64,000 nt of DNA from an uncultured Gemmatimonadaceae bacterium (GTDB lineage Bacteria > Gemmatimonadota > Gemmatimonadetes > Gemmatimonadales > Gemmatimonadaceae): positions 96,001-160,000 of the forward strand of contig CAWGJO010000004.1 of the NCBI GenBank assembly GCA_963822945.1, written 5' to 3'. A program made the translations under genes and the position numbers. Positions 1-11,734 of this stretch are shown here, one piece after another. Under the pieces are notes generated by a model, which was given only the letters and a program-made list of their open reading frames with translations, made no database searches and was not told the origin of the DNA. Numbering within the stretch: position 1 is the first letter of the stretch; every line of letters begins with the position of its first letter.

Positions 1-1
1 G

Positions 2-517
2 GCGGCGTTCCTGCGCGTGCCGCTGAAGTTCAAGTACATCACCAGCGGGTTCGGCGAGCGGTTCCATCCGATCCTCAAGCGCTGGCGCGAGCACAAGGGC
101 ATCGACTACGCCGCCAACGCGGGCACTCCGGTGCGCGCCATCGGGGCCGGCGTCGTGGTGCGCGCCGGCGTGGCGAGCGGCTATGGCAATCTCATCGAGA
201 TTCGCCACGCCAACGGATTCTCGTCGCGCTACGGACACCTGCGCGGCTTCGCCCGGGGCATCCACGCCGGCGCGCATGTGGACATCGGCCAGACCATCGG
301 CTACGTCGGGATGACGGGGCTGGCCACCGGGCCGCACCTGCATTTCGAGTTCCTGGTGCATGGCGTGCAGCGCAATCCGCGCGTGGCGCTCAGGAACGTG
401 GGTGGCGATCCCATCCCCAAGGCGCTCATGGCGTCGTTCGATTCGCTGCGCAACCGGCTGATCGGCGCCATGGTGGCCAGCACGGGACGAGTGACGACCG
501 TCGCGGTCGGTCAGTAG
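2..517 (+). CDS. M23 family peptidoglycan DD-metalloendopeptidase (5' partial)
   Basis: HKGIDYAA (HxxxD), GYGNLIEIRH, YGHL and TGPHLHFE (HxH) motifs; the frame is open to the window start. Confidence 0.92.
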   Translation, partial: AAFLRVPLKFKYITSGFGERFHPILKRWREHKGIDYAANAGTPVRAIGAGVVVRAGVASGYGNLIEIRHANGFSSRYGHLRGFARGIHAGAHVDIGQTIGYVGMTGLATGPHLHFEFLVHGVQRNPRVALRNVGGDPIPKALMASFDSLRNRLIGAMVASTGRVTTVAVGQ

Positions 518-562
518 TCTCGGCGCGCCCGAGCGGCGCCCACCACGGGGCGAGGGCCCACG

Positions 563-2384
563 ATGCTCTGGCTGATCTCGCTGCTTGCCGGCCTCGCCGG
601 CGCGCTCCTGCAGTACGGCTGGGCGGGGTGGGGAAGCCGGAGCGCGTTCAAGCAGGCCGCCGCCGCGCCACTGCCCGCGTTGCTGCGCGCCGCCGCGTTC
701 GCCCTGGTGGTGGCCCTGCTGCTGAACGCGCCGGCGGGGCGGTCGCGCGTGGCCCCGCCGTGGGTGGCGTTGGACGCGTCCCTGAGCATGTCCCGGGGGA
801 ACGATCCGGCGGTGTGGCATGCTGCGGTCGACTCCGCACGCGCCGTCCACGCCGACTCGATCTTCCTGTTCGGCGACTCGCTGCGCGCGGCCAACCCACC
901 CGCGCAGCCTGCCGATCTGCACTCGAACGTTGACGCCGTGGTGCAACGGGCGCTCGCCACGGGCCGCCGCGTGGTCGTCGTGACGGACGGCGAGTTGCCA
1001 CAGGCCGCCGAACTCCGCCAGCTTCCCGCCGGGTCGCGCGTGATCGTGGTGCCGCACGTCCGGGCGCCCGACGCCGCGGCGGTGAATCTGGACGCACCGC
1101 GGGCCGTGGTGTCGGGCGACACCACGGAGATCCGGCTCACCGTGGGTGCCGGCGCCGGCGGGGCCGGGGGCGGCATCGTGCGCTTCTTCCTCGACGGGCG
1201 TCCGCTCGGCACGGGCCGCTTCGATTCCCTCGGCGCGTTCGCCGAGCAGGACGTGACGCTCCGAACGGCGATCGTGGCGCCCGAGGGGCCGGCGGAGCTG
1301 CGCGCCGTGGTGGTGGCCGCGACGGATGCGGAGCCGCGCAACGACTCCCTTGGCATGGGAATCGACCTGTCGCGACAGCCGGGCGCGGTGTTCGTGTCCA
1401 CGTCGCCCGATTACGACGCACGCTATGCGCTCGCGGTGCTGCGGGGGGCGCTGGCGCTCCCCACCCGCGCCTTCTACCATCTGTCGCCCGGGAACTGGCG
1501 GGTGGATGGCAGCTACGCGCCGATCACCGAAGCCCAGGTGCGCGCCGCGTTCCGCGATGCGCCGGTGGCGATCCTGCACGGTGACACGGCGGCGTTCGGT
1601 CCACCGCGCCAGGCCACGCGGGCGCCGCTGGCGCTCATCGTGCCGTCGGCGGGGGACGGGCACGAGTGGTACGTGAACGCGGCCCCCGTGTCGCCGCTCA
1701 GCGCCGCGCTCGCCGGCCTGCCGTGGGATTCGCTGCCGCCCCTGCTCGTGGGTGGCGGACCGGAGCCCAAGGGGCAGTGGCGCGCGCTCGACGCCCGGCG
1801 CGGACGCGAGGCGCTCACCCGGACGATCGTCGCCGGTGACGACGCCCCGCGGCGCGTGGTGGTGGTGGCCGCCTCCGACCTGTGGCGATGGGAGTTCCGC
1901 GGCGGCCCGTCGGCCGACGCGTTCACCGCGCTCTGGGGGAGCATCTTCGACTATCTCGCGTCGCAGCGCGCCGACCGGCGGGCTGCCGTGCCCGACGCGG
2001 GCGTGCTGCGCGCCGGGGACGCCGTCGCGTGGCGGCGCGGTGCATCGGGAGACAGCGACGTGGCCGTCGCACTCCAGCGGCCGCGAGGGCCGAGGTGTGG
2101 ACACCCTGCGGTTGCGCTTTCCGGCCGGAGCCGCGGCCGTGCGCTCGGCGCCGCTGCCGCCGGGGCGATACGCGGCGCGTATGGCCGGCGGCAGCGCCGT
2201 GCTGGTGGTGAATGCGGCCGAGGAACTCGTGCCGCGCGCGCCGGCCATCCGGTCGGGGCGCATCGGCGGGACGCCGCCGCGCGGAGCGGCGCCGGGGGCG
2301 CGTGACGCGGGCTGGATCTATGCGCTGCTCGTGCTGCTCCTGTGCGCGGAGTGGCTGTTGCGCCGCCGCGCGGGAATGCGATGA
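563..2384 (+). CDS. Membrane-anchored vWA-like domain protein; frameshift at about 2080
   Basis: N-terminal TM helices, MIDAS-like LDASLSM and VVVTDGE, Ig-like middle region; the C-terminal TM 'YALLVLLLCAEWLLRRRAGMR' lies in the 1752..2384 frame. Confidence 0.7.
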
Positions 2385-2417
2385 TGCCCCGGGACCGCCA
2401 CCGTTAGATTCTCTGCC

Positions 2418-3353
2418 ATGCCCCGCCTCCTCCGAAAATCCGGCGATACCCCCCGGCGCACGTTCTGGCAGCGCGTCAAGGACGTGGCGCTGCGCGACGT
2501 GGGCGTCATGGTGCGGGGCGGCGTCAAGCAGGGATCGCTGGAGCAGCTCGAGGAATTGCTGCTCGAGGCCGACTTCGGCGTACCGGTGACCCTGCGCCTC
2601 GTGGCGGCGGTCGAGGACCGGGCCAAGCGCGGCCAGGTGAAGAGCGAAGAGGAATTCCGGCTGGCCCTGGCCGAGGGCGTGGAGGGCGCGCTGCGGGCGG
2701 GGAACAGCGATCCGGCGCTCGCGCTGCCCGCCGCGCGGCCGGCCGTCGTGCTGATCATCGGGGTGAACGGCGCCGGCAAGACGACGTTCATCGGCAAGCT
2801 GGCGGCGAAGCTGCGTGGGGAGGGCAAGCGGGTGATGGTGGCGGCGGGGGATACCTTCCGGGCCGGCGCCATCGATCAGCTCCGCGTGTGGGCCGATCGC
2901 ACGGGGGCGGAGTTCGTGGGAGCGCAGCCGGGGGCCGATCCCGCCGCCGTGGCGTTCGACGCGATCGACGCTGCCGTGGCGCGCGGCGTGGACGTGCTGA
3001 TCGTCGATACGGCGGGGCGGCTGCACACGAGCGGCGGCCTGATGGACGAGCTGCGCAAGGTGGCGCGCGTCATCGGCAAGCGGTTGGAGGGCGCGCCGCA
3101 CGAAACGCTGCTCGTGCTCGACGGAACGATCGGGCAGAACGCGGTGGCCCAGGCGCGCACGTTCACGGCCGCGGTGCCGGTGACGGGGTTGGTGGTCACG
3201 AAGCTCGATGGCACGGCGCGGGGCGGGGTGGTGGTGGCGGTGCACGAAGCCATCGACGTGCCGGTGAAGTTCCTCGGCGTGGGCGAAGCGGCCGAGGATC
3301 TCGAGCCGTTCGATCCTGCGGAGTTCGCGCGGGAGCTGTTGAGCGACGAGTAG
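2418..3353 (+). CDS. ftsY: Signal recognition particle receptor FtsY
   Basis: GVNGAGKTT, DTFRAGA, DTAGR, TKLDGTARGG and GVGE motifs. Confidence 0.97.
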   Translation: MPRLLRKSGDTPRRTFWQRVKDVALRDVGVMVRGGVKQGSLEQLEELLLEADFGVPVTLRLVAAVEDRAKRGQVKSEEEFRLALAEGVEGALRAGNSDPALALPAARPAVVLIIGVNGAGKTTFIGKLAAKLRGEGKRVMVAAGDTFRAGAIDQLRVWADRTGAEFVGAQPGADPAAVAFDAIDAAVARGVDVLIVDTAGRLHTSGGLMDELRKVARVIGKRLEGAPHETLLVLDGTIGQNAVAQARTFTAAVPVTGLVVTKLDGTARGGVVVAVHEAIDVPVKFLGVGEAAEDLEPFDPAEFARELLSDE

Positions 3354-3354
3354 C

Positions 3355-5457
3355 ATGCCGTCGGCGAATCCGCGGGTCACGCTGGACACGCCGATCACGT
3401 ACCTCAAGGGCGTCGGCCCGCGGCGCGCCGCGGCGTTCGAAAAGCTGAACGTCGCGACGGCGGGCGACCTGCTCTGGCTCATTCCGCATCGCTACGAGGA
3501 TGCGAGTACGGTGTCGCGCATCGCGTCGCTCCGCACGGGCGCCGACGCCACCGTGATCGGGCGCGTGATCTCCAAGGGCGTGCTGCCCACGCGCCGGGGC
3601 CTGCGGATCTTCCAGGCAGTGCTGCAGGACGACAGCGGCATGATCGAAGCCGCATGGCCGGGACAGCCCTTCCTCGATCGCAGCATCAACAAGGGCGACG
3701 TGTTGCTGGCGTCGGGCACGGTGCGCTTCTATCACGGGCGCCAGCTGGCCCCGCGCGAGTTCGTGAACCTCGGCCCCGACGACGAGGGCACGGAGCAGGG
3801 ACGGGTGCTCGCCGTGTATCCGGCCACCGAAGGGCTGTCGTTCAAGGTCATCCGGAACATCGTGGATGCCCATCTGGATCTGCTGCTGCCCCAGGTGAAG
3901 GAGTACTTCCCGCAGCCGATTCTCCAGGGGGCCGGCGTGGCCGGCATCACCGACGCGCTTCGCATGGTGCACCGGCCGCAGACGATGGCCGAGGCGATGG
4001 CGGGCCGCGACCGGCTGGCGTTCGAGGAGCTGTTCTTCGTGCACTTGCTGCACCAGCGGGTCAAGGCGCTGGCGCGGGAGACGCGGCGCGGCATCCGGTT
4101 CGAGAACAAGCGCCGCCTCACGACGCAACTGCGTGAGTCGCTGCCCTACACGCTCACCAACGCGCAGGTACGCGCCCTGCGGGAGATCGTGGACGACATG
4201 TGCAGCGACCGGCGCATGCACCGCCTGCTGCAGGGCGACGTGGGAAGCGGCAAGACGATCGTCGCGCTGTTCGCGGCGCTGCTCGCATTGGAGAACGGGT
4301 ACCAGGCCGCGATCATGGTCCCCACCGAACTGCTGGCCGAGCAGCACCATCGGACGATCAGCGGGCTCCTGGCGCCGCTCGGCGTGGCCCCGCTGCTGCT
4401 CACGGGCAGCCTGTCCACGAAGGCCCGCCGGGAGGTGGCGGGGCGGCTGTCGCAGGCCGAGCCGTCGCTGGCGCAGGAATGGCCGGAGCTCGTGATCGGC
4501 ACACACGCGCTGGTCCAGGCGGCCACGGAGTTCGCGCGGCTCGGGTTCGTGGCCATCGACGAGCAGCACCGGTTCGGCGTGGAGCAGCGCAAGGCGCTGG
4601 CCGCCAAGGGCGAGATGCCCGACGTGCTGCTGATGAGCGCCACGCCCATCCCCCGGTCGCTCGCCCTCACGGTCTACGGCGACCTCGACGTCAGCTTCCT
4701 CGACGAGCGGCCTCCCGGAAGGCGGCCGATCACGACCACGCTGCGATCCAACGCGTCGCGCGACCGGCTGCTGGCGTTCGTCGACCGCGAGGTGGAAAAG
4801 GGACGCCAGGCGTACATCGTCTATCCGGTGATCGAGGAATCGGAGAAGCTCGATCTCAAGGCGGCGACGACGAGCTACGAGGAACTGCGTGCCGGGCCGT
4901 TCGCGCACCGCCGCGTGGCGCTGCTCCACGGGCGCATCCCCAACGACGAGCGCGACGACATCATGCGCCGGTTTCGGGATGGCGCCATCGACATTCTCGT
5001 GGCGACCACGGTGATCGAGGTCGGCATCGACGTGCCCAATGCCACGGTGATGGTCATCGAACATCCGGAGCGCTTCGGCCTGTCGCAACTGCACCAGCTG
5101 CGCGGCCGCGTGGGACGCGGCGGCGAGCAGAGCTACTGCATTCTGCTCGGCGACATGGGGCGGGAGTCGCGGCAGCGTCTGCAGATCTTCGTGGAGACGG
5201 AAGACGGGTTTCGGATCGCCGAGGCCGATCTGCGCATGCGGGGCATGGGCGATCTATTCGGGGAGCGGCAGAGCGGCGTGCCGACGTTCAAAGTGGCCGA
5301 TCCGATGCGCGACGCCGCCCTGAGCGACCATGCGCGGGAAGCGGCGGCTGCGCTGCTGGCCACGGATCCCGAATTGCGGTCGCGAGAGGATGCCCCCCTG
5401 CGACGGGTGCTCGGCGCCCGGTACGCGCGCGCGGTCGAACTCTTCCACGTCGGCTGA
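3355..5457 (+). CDS. recG: ATP-dependent DNA helicase RecG
   Basis: OB wedge domain, LQGDVGSGKT, DEQHRFG, MSATPIPRSL, QLHQLRGRVGRG, DGFRIAEADLRMRG. Confidence 0.97.
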   Translation: MPSANPRVTLDTPITYLKGVGPRRAAAFEKLNVATAGDLLWLIPHRYEDASTVSRIASLRTGADATVIGRVISKGVLPTRRGLRIFQAVLQDDSGMIEAAWPGQPFLDRSINKGDVLLASGTVRFYHGRQLAPREFVNLGPDDEGTEQGRVLAVYPATEGLSFKVIRNIVDAHLDLLLPQVKEYFPQPILQGAGVAGITDALRMVHRPQTMAEAMAGRDRLAFEELFFVHLLHQRVKALARETRRGIRFENKRRLTTQLRESLPYTLTNAQVRALREIVDDMCSDRRMHRLLQGDVGSGKTIVALFAALLALENGYQAAIMVPTELLAEQHHRTISGLLAPLGVAPLLLTGSLSTKARREVAGRLSQAEPSLAQEWPELVIGTHALVQAATEFARLGFVAIDEQHRFGVEQRKALAAKGEMPDVLLMSATPIPRSLALTVYGDLDVSFLDERPPGRRPITTTLRSNASRDRLLAFVDREVEKGRQAYIVYPVIEESEKLDLKAATTSYEELRAGPFAHRRVALLHGRIPNDERDDIMRRFRDGAIDILVATTVIEVGIDVPNATVMVIEHPERFGLSQLHQLRGRVGRGGEQSYCILLGDMGRESRQRLQIFVETEDGFRIAEADLRMRGMGDLFGERQSGVPTFKVADPMRDAALSDHAREAAAALLATDPELRSREDAPLRRVLGARYARAVELFHVG

Positions 5458-5611
5458 GACGCCGCCCGGCCCCGGTGGGGGTTGACCGGAAGGGGGCGGC
5501 CCGTGAGGGTTCCACAGCCGCGGAGCCGCCGCATTTCCAACGTTCCGCGCGCCGATGCGTAGTTCTCACAGTGTGTTCAACTCGATTCAAGGACTCCCAA
5601 GGACCTCGATA

Positions 5612-6040
5612 ATGCGTCGTTTCTTCGCGTTCCTGATCGTTATTGGCGGATTGGCGGCCGTTGCCGCACCGGCGTCGGCACAGTCGTCCATCGCCCCGCT
5701 GCCGTCGGGCGTGACCCTGCGCATCAATGGGCCCGGCTCGAACATCATCGGGGTGCTGTACGAGCAGTCGATCGACTCGGTGTGGGTACGGCCGCGCGGC
5801 GACAACACGATGATCCGGAGCATCGCCGTCTCGCGCATCACGCGCGTGGATCAGGAGCGGCCGGAATACGCCAAGAGCATCCTCGTCGGCACGGGGATCG
5901 GCATTCTCGTCGGCGCGGCGCTCTACCCGATCACGTCGCACAACGATCACGACGTCTTCATCGGGCTGAGCGTGATCGGCGGTGCCGTGGCGGGCATGCT
6001 GTTCCCGCACGCCGGCTGGGTGCCCGTTCTGCTGCACTGA
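5612..6040 (+). CDS. Hypothetical exported/membrane protein
   Basis: Signal peptide (MRRFFAFL...ASAQ), small beta-rich domain, two Gly-rich C-terminal hydrophobic segments; followed by a hairpin. Confidence 0.65.
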   Translation: MRRFFAFLIVIGGLAAVAAPASAQSSIAPLPSGVTLRINGPGSNIIGVLYEQSIDSVWVRPRGDNTMIRSIAVSRITRVDQERPEYAKSILVGTGIGILVGAALYPITSHNDHDVFIGLSVIGGAVAGMLFPHAGWVPVLLH

Positions 6041-6060
6041 GCAGCGTAACGGGTGAGGCG

Positions 6061-6095
6061 CGGGCGGCGGCGGGTGCCGCCGCCCGTCGTGTTTT
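6061..6095 (+). terminator. Probable intrinsic terminator
   Basis: Perfect 11-bp stem CGGGCGGCGGC/GCCGCCGCCCG with GGGT loop, followed by TCGTGTTTT. Confidence 0.6.
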
Positions 6096-6212
6096 GACCC
6101 CGCCGGGGGGGCGACTGCCCCACACCCCCGCGGCATTCGCCCGACTTGGCCCCGTCATGGGCTGGTCTATCGTTTGGTGTCTACCAACGATTTCCAGAGG
6201 CGGGAGGCGATC

Positions 6213-7283
6213 ATGCGCGGCAAATCCTTGACGGCCATTGGCGTCGCCCTGATGGCGGCGGCGTGCACCGGCGGCACGAGTTCCAACCAACAGAACCAGG
6301 CGGCGGTGACGGGCAAGACCCTGCCGGCCGTGGAGACCGCGGCGCTCACGCCGTCGGAACGCGCGATGTTCGGCCCGCTGCCGGCGCGCATGGACCTGCC
6401 CGGGCAGCCGGCGACCGAGGCCCAGGTGGCGCTCGGCCGCGGGCTGTACTACGAGACGGTGTTGTCGGAGGGGCACGACGTATCGTGCAACTCCTGTCAT
6501 GCGCTCAACGGCTACGGCGCCGACGGGCGGCGGGTGAGCTTCGGCCACAAGGGCCAGATGGGAAGCCGCAACGCGCCGACCGTGTACAACGCGGCGGCCC
6601 AGGTGGCGCAGTTCTGGGACGGGCGGGCAGCGAACGTGGAAGAGCAGGCCAAAGGACCGATTCTCAACCCCGCGGAGATGGGTATGTCGGGCACGGGAGC
6701 CGTGCTGGAGCACCTGACGTCGTCACCCAAGTATCGCGCCGAGTTCGCGGCGGCGTTCCCCAATGAATCCAAACCCATCACGTACGACAACGTCGGCCGG
6801 GCCATCGGCGCGTTCGAGCGCGGCCTGGTGACGCCGTCGCGGTGGGACCGGTTCCTGAAGGGCGATACCGCGGCGCTCACCGAGCAGGAGCAACGCGGGG
6901 CGCGGACCTTCGTCGCGGCCGGCTGCGTGGCGTGCCATGCCGGTACCTACGTCGGCGGCCAGGTGTTCCAGAAAGCGGGGCTGGTGGAACCGTGGCCGCA
7001 GTTGGCGGACAGTGGGCGCATCGCGGTGACGCACGCACCGGCCGACCTGCACGTGTTCAAGGTGCCGACCCTGCGCAACGTCGAGATGACGGGGCCGTAC
7101 TTCAGCGACGGGTCGGTGGGATCGCTCGACAGTGCGATCATGTTGATGGCCCGGCACCAGTTGGGGCTCACGCTGACCGACGCACAGGTGGGCGATATCC
7201 ACGCCTGGCTGCGGTCGCTCACCGGGGAGATTCCGGTGGAGTACGTGGCCCATCCACAGCTGCCGGGGAAGGCGGCCTTCTAG
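6213..7283 (+). CDS. Di-heme cytochrome c peroxidase (CcpA/MauG family), lipoprotein
   Basis: Two CxxCH motifs (CNSCH, CVACH), RNAPTVYN, QFWDGRA, NPAEMG, FKVPTLRNV, PYFSDG; lipobox MAAAC. Confidence 0.92.
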   Translation: MRGKSLTAIGVALMAAACTGGTSSNQQNQAAVTGKTLPAVETAALTPSERAMFGPLPARMDLPGQPATEAQVALGRGLYYETVLSEGHDVSCNSCHALNGYGADGRRVSFGHKGQMGSRNAPTVYNAAAQVAQFWDGRAANVEEQAKGPILNPAEMGMSGTGAVLEHLTSSPKYRAEFAAAFPNESKPITYDNVGRAIGAFERGLVTPSRWDRFLKGDTAALTEQEQRGARTFVAAGCVACHAGTYVGGQVFQKAGLVEPWPQLADSGRIAVTHAPADLHVFKVPTLRNVEMTGPYFSDGSVGSLDSAIMLMARHQLGLTLTDAQVGDIHAWLRSLTGEIPVEYVAHPQLPGKAAF

Positions 7284-7365
7284 CCGCCGGGGAACTGTTC
7301 CATCTCCGCGTGCCGGGGTGCATAGTAGGGGCACCGGGCCGGCACCCGGAGATGGAGGTCCCACC

Positions 7366-8514
7366 ATGCATACCGCGGCGCATCGTCCGTTCGTCGTCCA
7401 TCCACAAACGCTGTTCGCGTCGTTGCTGGCGCTGGCCGTTCTGGCGGCGCCGGCCCCTCAGCGTTCCCGGCAGCCGCTGCCCGACCGCCTGGCCGACAGC
7501 ACCTACTGGCGCCTGGTGACCACCATGTCGGAGCCCGGAGGCTTCTTCCGCTCCGACAACTTCGTTTCGAACGAGACCGACTATCAGCGGATTCTCGACC
7601 GGCTCCAGGCGGCCACGCCGCCGGGCGGCGTGTACCTGGGCGTCGGGCCCGACCAGAACTTCACGTACATCGTGGCGCTTCATCCCCGCATGGCGTTCAT
7701 CGTCGACATCCGCCGCCAGGCGATGTTGCAGCAATTGATGTACAAGGCGCTGTTCGAGATGTCGCCCACGCGGGCGGAGTTCCTCGCGCACCTGTTCTCG
7801 CGGCGGCTTCCCGCAGGCCTCGATACCAACGCCTCGGCGACGGCGCTCTTTCAGGCAGTCGCGGCGGCGCTTCCGGATTCGGCGCGCTATCGCGCCAACC
7901 TGGCCGAGATTGACGACCGGCTGGTGCACCGGCACGGCTTCACGCTGTCCGCCGACGACCTGAGCGGGCTGGCCTACGTGTACGACGCGTTCTTCACCAT
8001 CGGCCCCGATATCAGCTATTCGGGCGATCCGCGCGGTGGGCGCGGCAGCCGGTGGATGCCCGGCTACGCGGAGATGATGCTGCAGACCGACCCCGCCGGC
8101 ACGAACCGGAGCTATCTGGGGAGCGAGGCCCGCTACCGCGCGATCAGGAACTTCGAGGCGGCGAATCTGCTCGTGCCGGTGGTGGGCGACTTCGGCGGGC
8201 CGAAGGCCCTCCGTGCGGTGGGCGCTTACGTGCGCGCGCACGACGCCACCGTGACCACCTTCTATACGTCGAACGTGGAGCAGTACCTGTTCCGCGAGGA
8301 CGACGCTTGGCGCCACTTCTACGAGAACGTCGCCACCGTGCCCCACGACAGCAGCAGCCTGTTCATCCGGGCGGTGTTCGGCGGGTACGGCTACGGCCGC
8401 GGGTACGGTCTGCGGCGCGGCGAGATGCTGGTGGTGCCCATCGACCACATTCTCTCGGCCTTCCTGGACGGCCGGATCAAGCGCTACTGGGACGTGATCG
8501 ACCTGTCGCGCTGA
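7366..8514 (+). CDS. Conserved hypothetical exported protein (possible Rossmann/MTase-like fold)
   Basis: Signal-like N-terminus; protein-like motifs SDNFVSNE, GGVYLGVGPDQNFTYI, FIVDIRR, VVGDFGG, FYTSNVEQYL; GGAGG RBS upstream. Confidence 0.7.
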   Translation: MHTAAHRPFVVHPQTLFASLLALAVLAAPAPQRSRQPLPDRLADSTYWRLVTTMSEPGGFFRSDNFVSNETDYQRILDRLQAATPPGGVYLGVGPDQNFTYIVALHPRMAFIVDIRRQAMLQQLMYKALFEMSPTRAEFLAHLFSRRLPAGLDTNASATALFQAVAAALPDSARYRANLAEIDDRLVHRHGFTLSADDLSGLAYVYDAFFTIGPDISYSGDPRGGRGSRWMPGYAEMMLQTDPAGTNRSYLGSEARYRAIRNFEAANLLVPVVGDFGGPKALRAVGAYVRAHDATVTTFYTSNVEQYLFREDDAWRHFYENVATVPHDSSSLFIRAVFGGYGYGRGYGLRRGEMLVVPIDHILSAFLDGRIKRYWDVIDLSR

Positions 8515-8703
8515 CGGGTGGGGGCGGGTACGTGGCCAACCCGGTCCGCCGCTGGCGGGGCCGGGGTCTGCCCCCTCGCGGATTCGCGGTCCCCGCCGTA
8601 TTCATTGGCCCGTCGACCCCCCAAACGGCCGGCTCCCGCCGGCCCATCTCCCCCGCGATTTCCCCCCCCGTTCCCCCATACGACCATCGCATCAGGAGGC
8701 AGG

Positions 8704-11700
8704 ATGTCCAGCAGCAGAGGACGACTGCGCGCGTTTCCCTGGGCCCTTGTCGCCGCCGCCATGCTCTGGCCGGCGACGCGCGCCATCGCGCAGCAGAAGA
8801 ACGATCCAGAATACACCGCGCTGATCAGGAAGGATCTCACGGATCCGCGGATCTCGACCGAGCTGGTCGATCACCTGCCGGCCTCGGCGACGCGTGCCGA
8901 CGCCACTCAAGTTCCTCGGCCAGATCATCGGCACGCCGGGCGAGCTCGACCTACGCGGAGGACATCCACCGCTACTTGCAGGCGATCGCCAAGCCGTCGC
9001 CGCGCGCGCCAGATACTGGACGATCGGCAAGACGGAGGAAGGCCGCGACATGGTCATGCATCGCCATCGCCGACGAGGCGACGATCCGCGACCTCGAGCG
9101 GTACAAGGGCATGCTCGCCGAGCTGACCGACCCGCGCAAGACGAGCGAAGCCAAGGCCCAGCAGATCGATCAAGACGGCCAAGCCGATCTACTGGATCAC
9201 GAGCGGCATGCACTCGCCCGAGACGCGGCGGCCCGGAGATGCTGATGGAGCTGGCCTACCGGCTGGCGGTCGAGGAGACGCCGTTCATGCAGGACATCCG
9301 CGACAACGTGATCACCTTCATCACGCCGGTGGTCGAGGTGGACGGGCGCGAGAAGGAAGTCGACACCTACTACTTCAACAAGAGCGGCCCGACGGGCGAG
9401 GCGCGGCTGCCGCTGATGTACTGGGGCAAGTACGTCGCAGCACGACAACAACCGCGACGGCATGGGCCAGTTCCTCGAACTCACGCAAGAACATCACGAA
9501 GGCGACGCTCGAGTGGCACCCCACGGTCCTGCACGACCTGCACGAGGCGCAGACCTACCTCTACGCGTCGACGGGCACGGGCCCGTACAACGAGCAGCTC
9601 GATCCGATCACGATCGACGAGTGGTGGATGCTGGCCGAGAACGACGTCATGGAGATGACGAAGCGCGGCGTGCCGGGCGTCTGGACCTACGGGTTCTACG
9701 ACGGCTGGGTGCCGAACTACATGTTCTTCATCGCGCACTCGCACAACGCGACCGGCCGGTTCTACGAGGTGCAGAGCTACGGTCCGGACACCACGTCGTC
9801 CGTGCCGGCGCGACGACGACGAGCCGGGAGTGGTTCCGGCCGAACCCGCCGCTGCCGCGAGATCAAGTGGGGTCCGCGCAACAACACGAACATCCAGGAA
9901 TCGGCGCTCCTGTTCTCGCTGCACCACGTCGCGCAAGAACAGGGATCTCTATCTCGACGAACTACTGGATGAAGAACAAGCGACGCGGTCGAACAAGGGG
10001 AAGAACGGGCCCGGCGTATCGGCTGGGTGATTCCGGCCGACCAGCGCCGCAAGGCCGACGCGGCGGACGCCGTCAACGAGCTGCGTGCGCAGGGGCTGGA
10101 GATTCCACCGCGCCACGCGCGCGTTCCGGGCCGGCAACATCGAGGTGCAAGCCGGGCGACTACATCGATCCGCGGCGACCAGCCGTACCGCACGCTGGCC
10201 GACATGTACTTCGCCGTCCAGAACTACGCGCCTCGGCAATCCGCGCCGTACGACGACACCGGCTGGACGTTCCAGTTCATGCGCGACATCAAGATCGTCG
10301 CCGATCACCGACAAGGCAGTTCCTGCGACCAGCCGATGACGCCGGTGACGAGCCGCGTGACAGGCGGCGGGCGGTATCACCGGCAGCGGCACACGGTGTC
10401 GTCGTCGAGCACACCGCCGACAACAACCTGGTGACGTTCCGGTTCCGCTGAACGGACGTGACGATGCAGGCGGCCGAGCAGGACTTCGAGCTGGACGGCC
10501 ATCACTTCCGCGCCGGCGCCATCGATCGTCGCGCAACGCCAACCGCGGCCAGCTCGAGCCGGTGCTGCAAGCGAACTCGGCCTCTCGGGCTATGCGGTCG
10601 CGTCGGCGCCGACCGTGAAGACGCACGACCTCGACGTCCCGCGCATCGGCTACGTCCACAGCTGGTCGCGCACGCAGGACGAGGGCTGGGTGCGCGCGGC
10701 GCTCGACACCTACGGCGTGCCGTACACCTATTTCGCGCGACCAGAAGCTGCGGAGGCAACCTGCGGGCGAAGTACGACGTCATCGTGTTTCCGCACGTGG
10801 GCGGCAGCGCGCAGTCCATGGTGAACGGCATCGCGAAGACCGGCACGATGCCGCTGCCGTACCGAGAAGACGGCCAAGACGCCGAACCTGGGCACCCCCG
10901 ACTCCAGCGCGACGACATCCGCGGCGGCATGGGAGTCGAGGGACTGCATGAACCTGTACAAGTTCGTGAAGGACGGCGGCACGCTGATCACCGAGGGCGC
11001 GACACGACGATCGTTCCCCGAGTACAACCTCACGCCGGGAGTCACCGTCGAGGAGCCGGCCGAGCTGTTCGCGCGCGGCTCGGTGATGCGCGGCGTGATT
11101 GCCGACATGAACAGCCCGATCGTCTACGGCCTGGCCGATGCGCAGATGCCCGTCTACTTCAGTCAGGGGCCGGTGCTCAACGTCGCCGCCGGTGGCGGCG
11201 GGTTCGCGTTCAACCGGGGCGGCGCAGGGTACAGCCAGAACACGCAGCCCATGGCCACTCCGATCAAGGACATCTCGGTACTGCTCCCGGGTGGCGCGCC
11301 GCCGCTGCCCGACGAACTGAATCCCAGGACGCAGGCGGCCGAGGCCGGCCGAGCCGGTGGACGAGGCTTCGGCCGGGGCGGACGCGGCGGTCGCGGGGGC
11401 GCGGTTTCCGAAGCGCGCCCGCGTGTCGTGATGCGCTTCCCCACGGATACCACGCAGATGTTGTTGTCGGGCGTGCTCGCCGGCGGGAGCGCGCTCGATG
11501 GACGCGCCCAACTCGTGGACGATCCGATCGGCAAGGGACACGTGGTCATGTTCGCCATCCGCCCCTTCTGGCGGTGGCAGACCCAGGGCACGTTCATCCT
11601 CGGCTTCAACGCGATCATGAACTGGAACGACCTGAGCGCCGGCGAGCAGTCCGGCAACGGGGCGGGGCGGTCGGGTCGCGGCGGACGGCGGGGGGCGGCC

Positions 11701-11727
11701 GGTAGCCGCCGCGCGTTCGTTACATGA
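8704..11727 (+). CDS. Large secreted M14-family zinc carboxypeptidase with C-terminal GATase-like domain; many frameshifts
   Basis: AGGAGG RBS and signal peptide; in-order fragments across frames: IGKTEEGR, MHSPE (HxxE), HDNNRD, VLHDLHE, QDEGWVR, KYDVIVFP, FVKDGGTLITEG, GKGHVVMFAIRPFWRWQT. Confidence 0.8.
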
Positions 11728-11734
11728 ATGTGGT

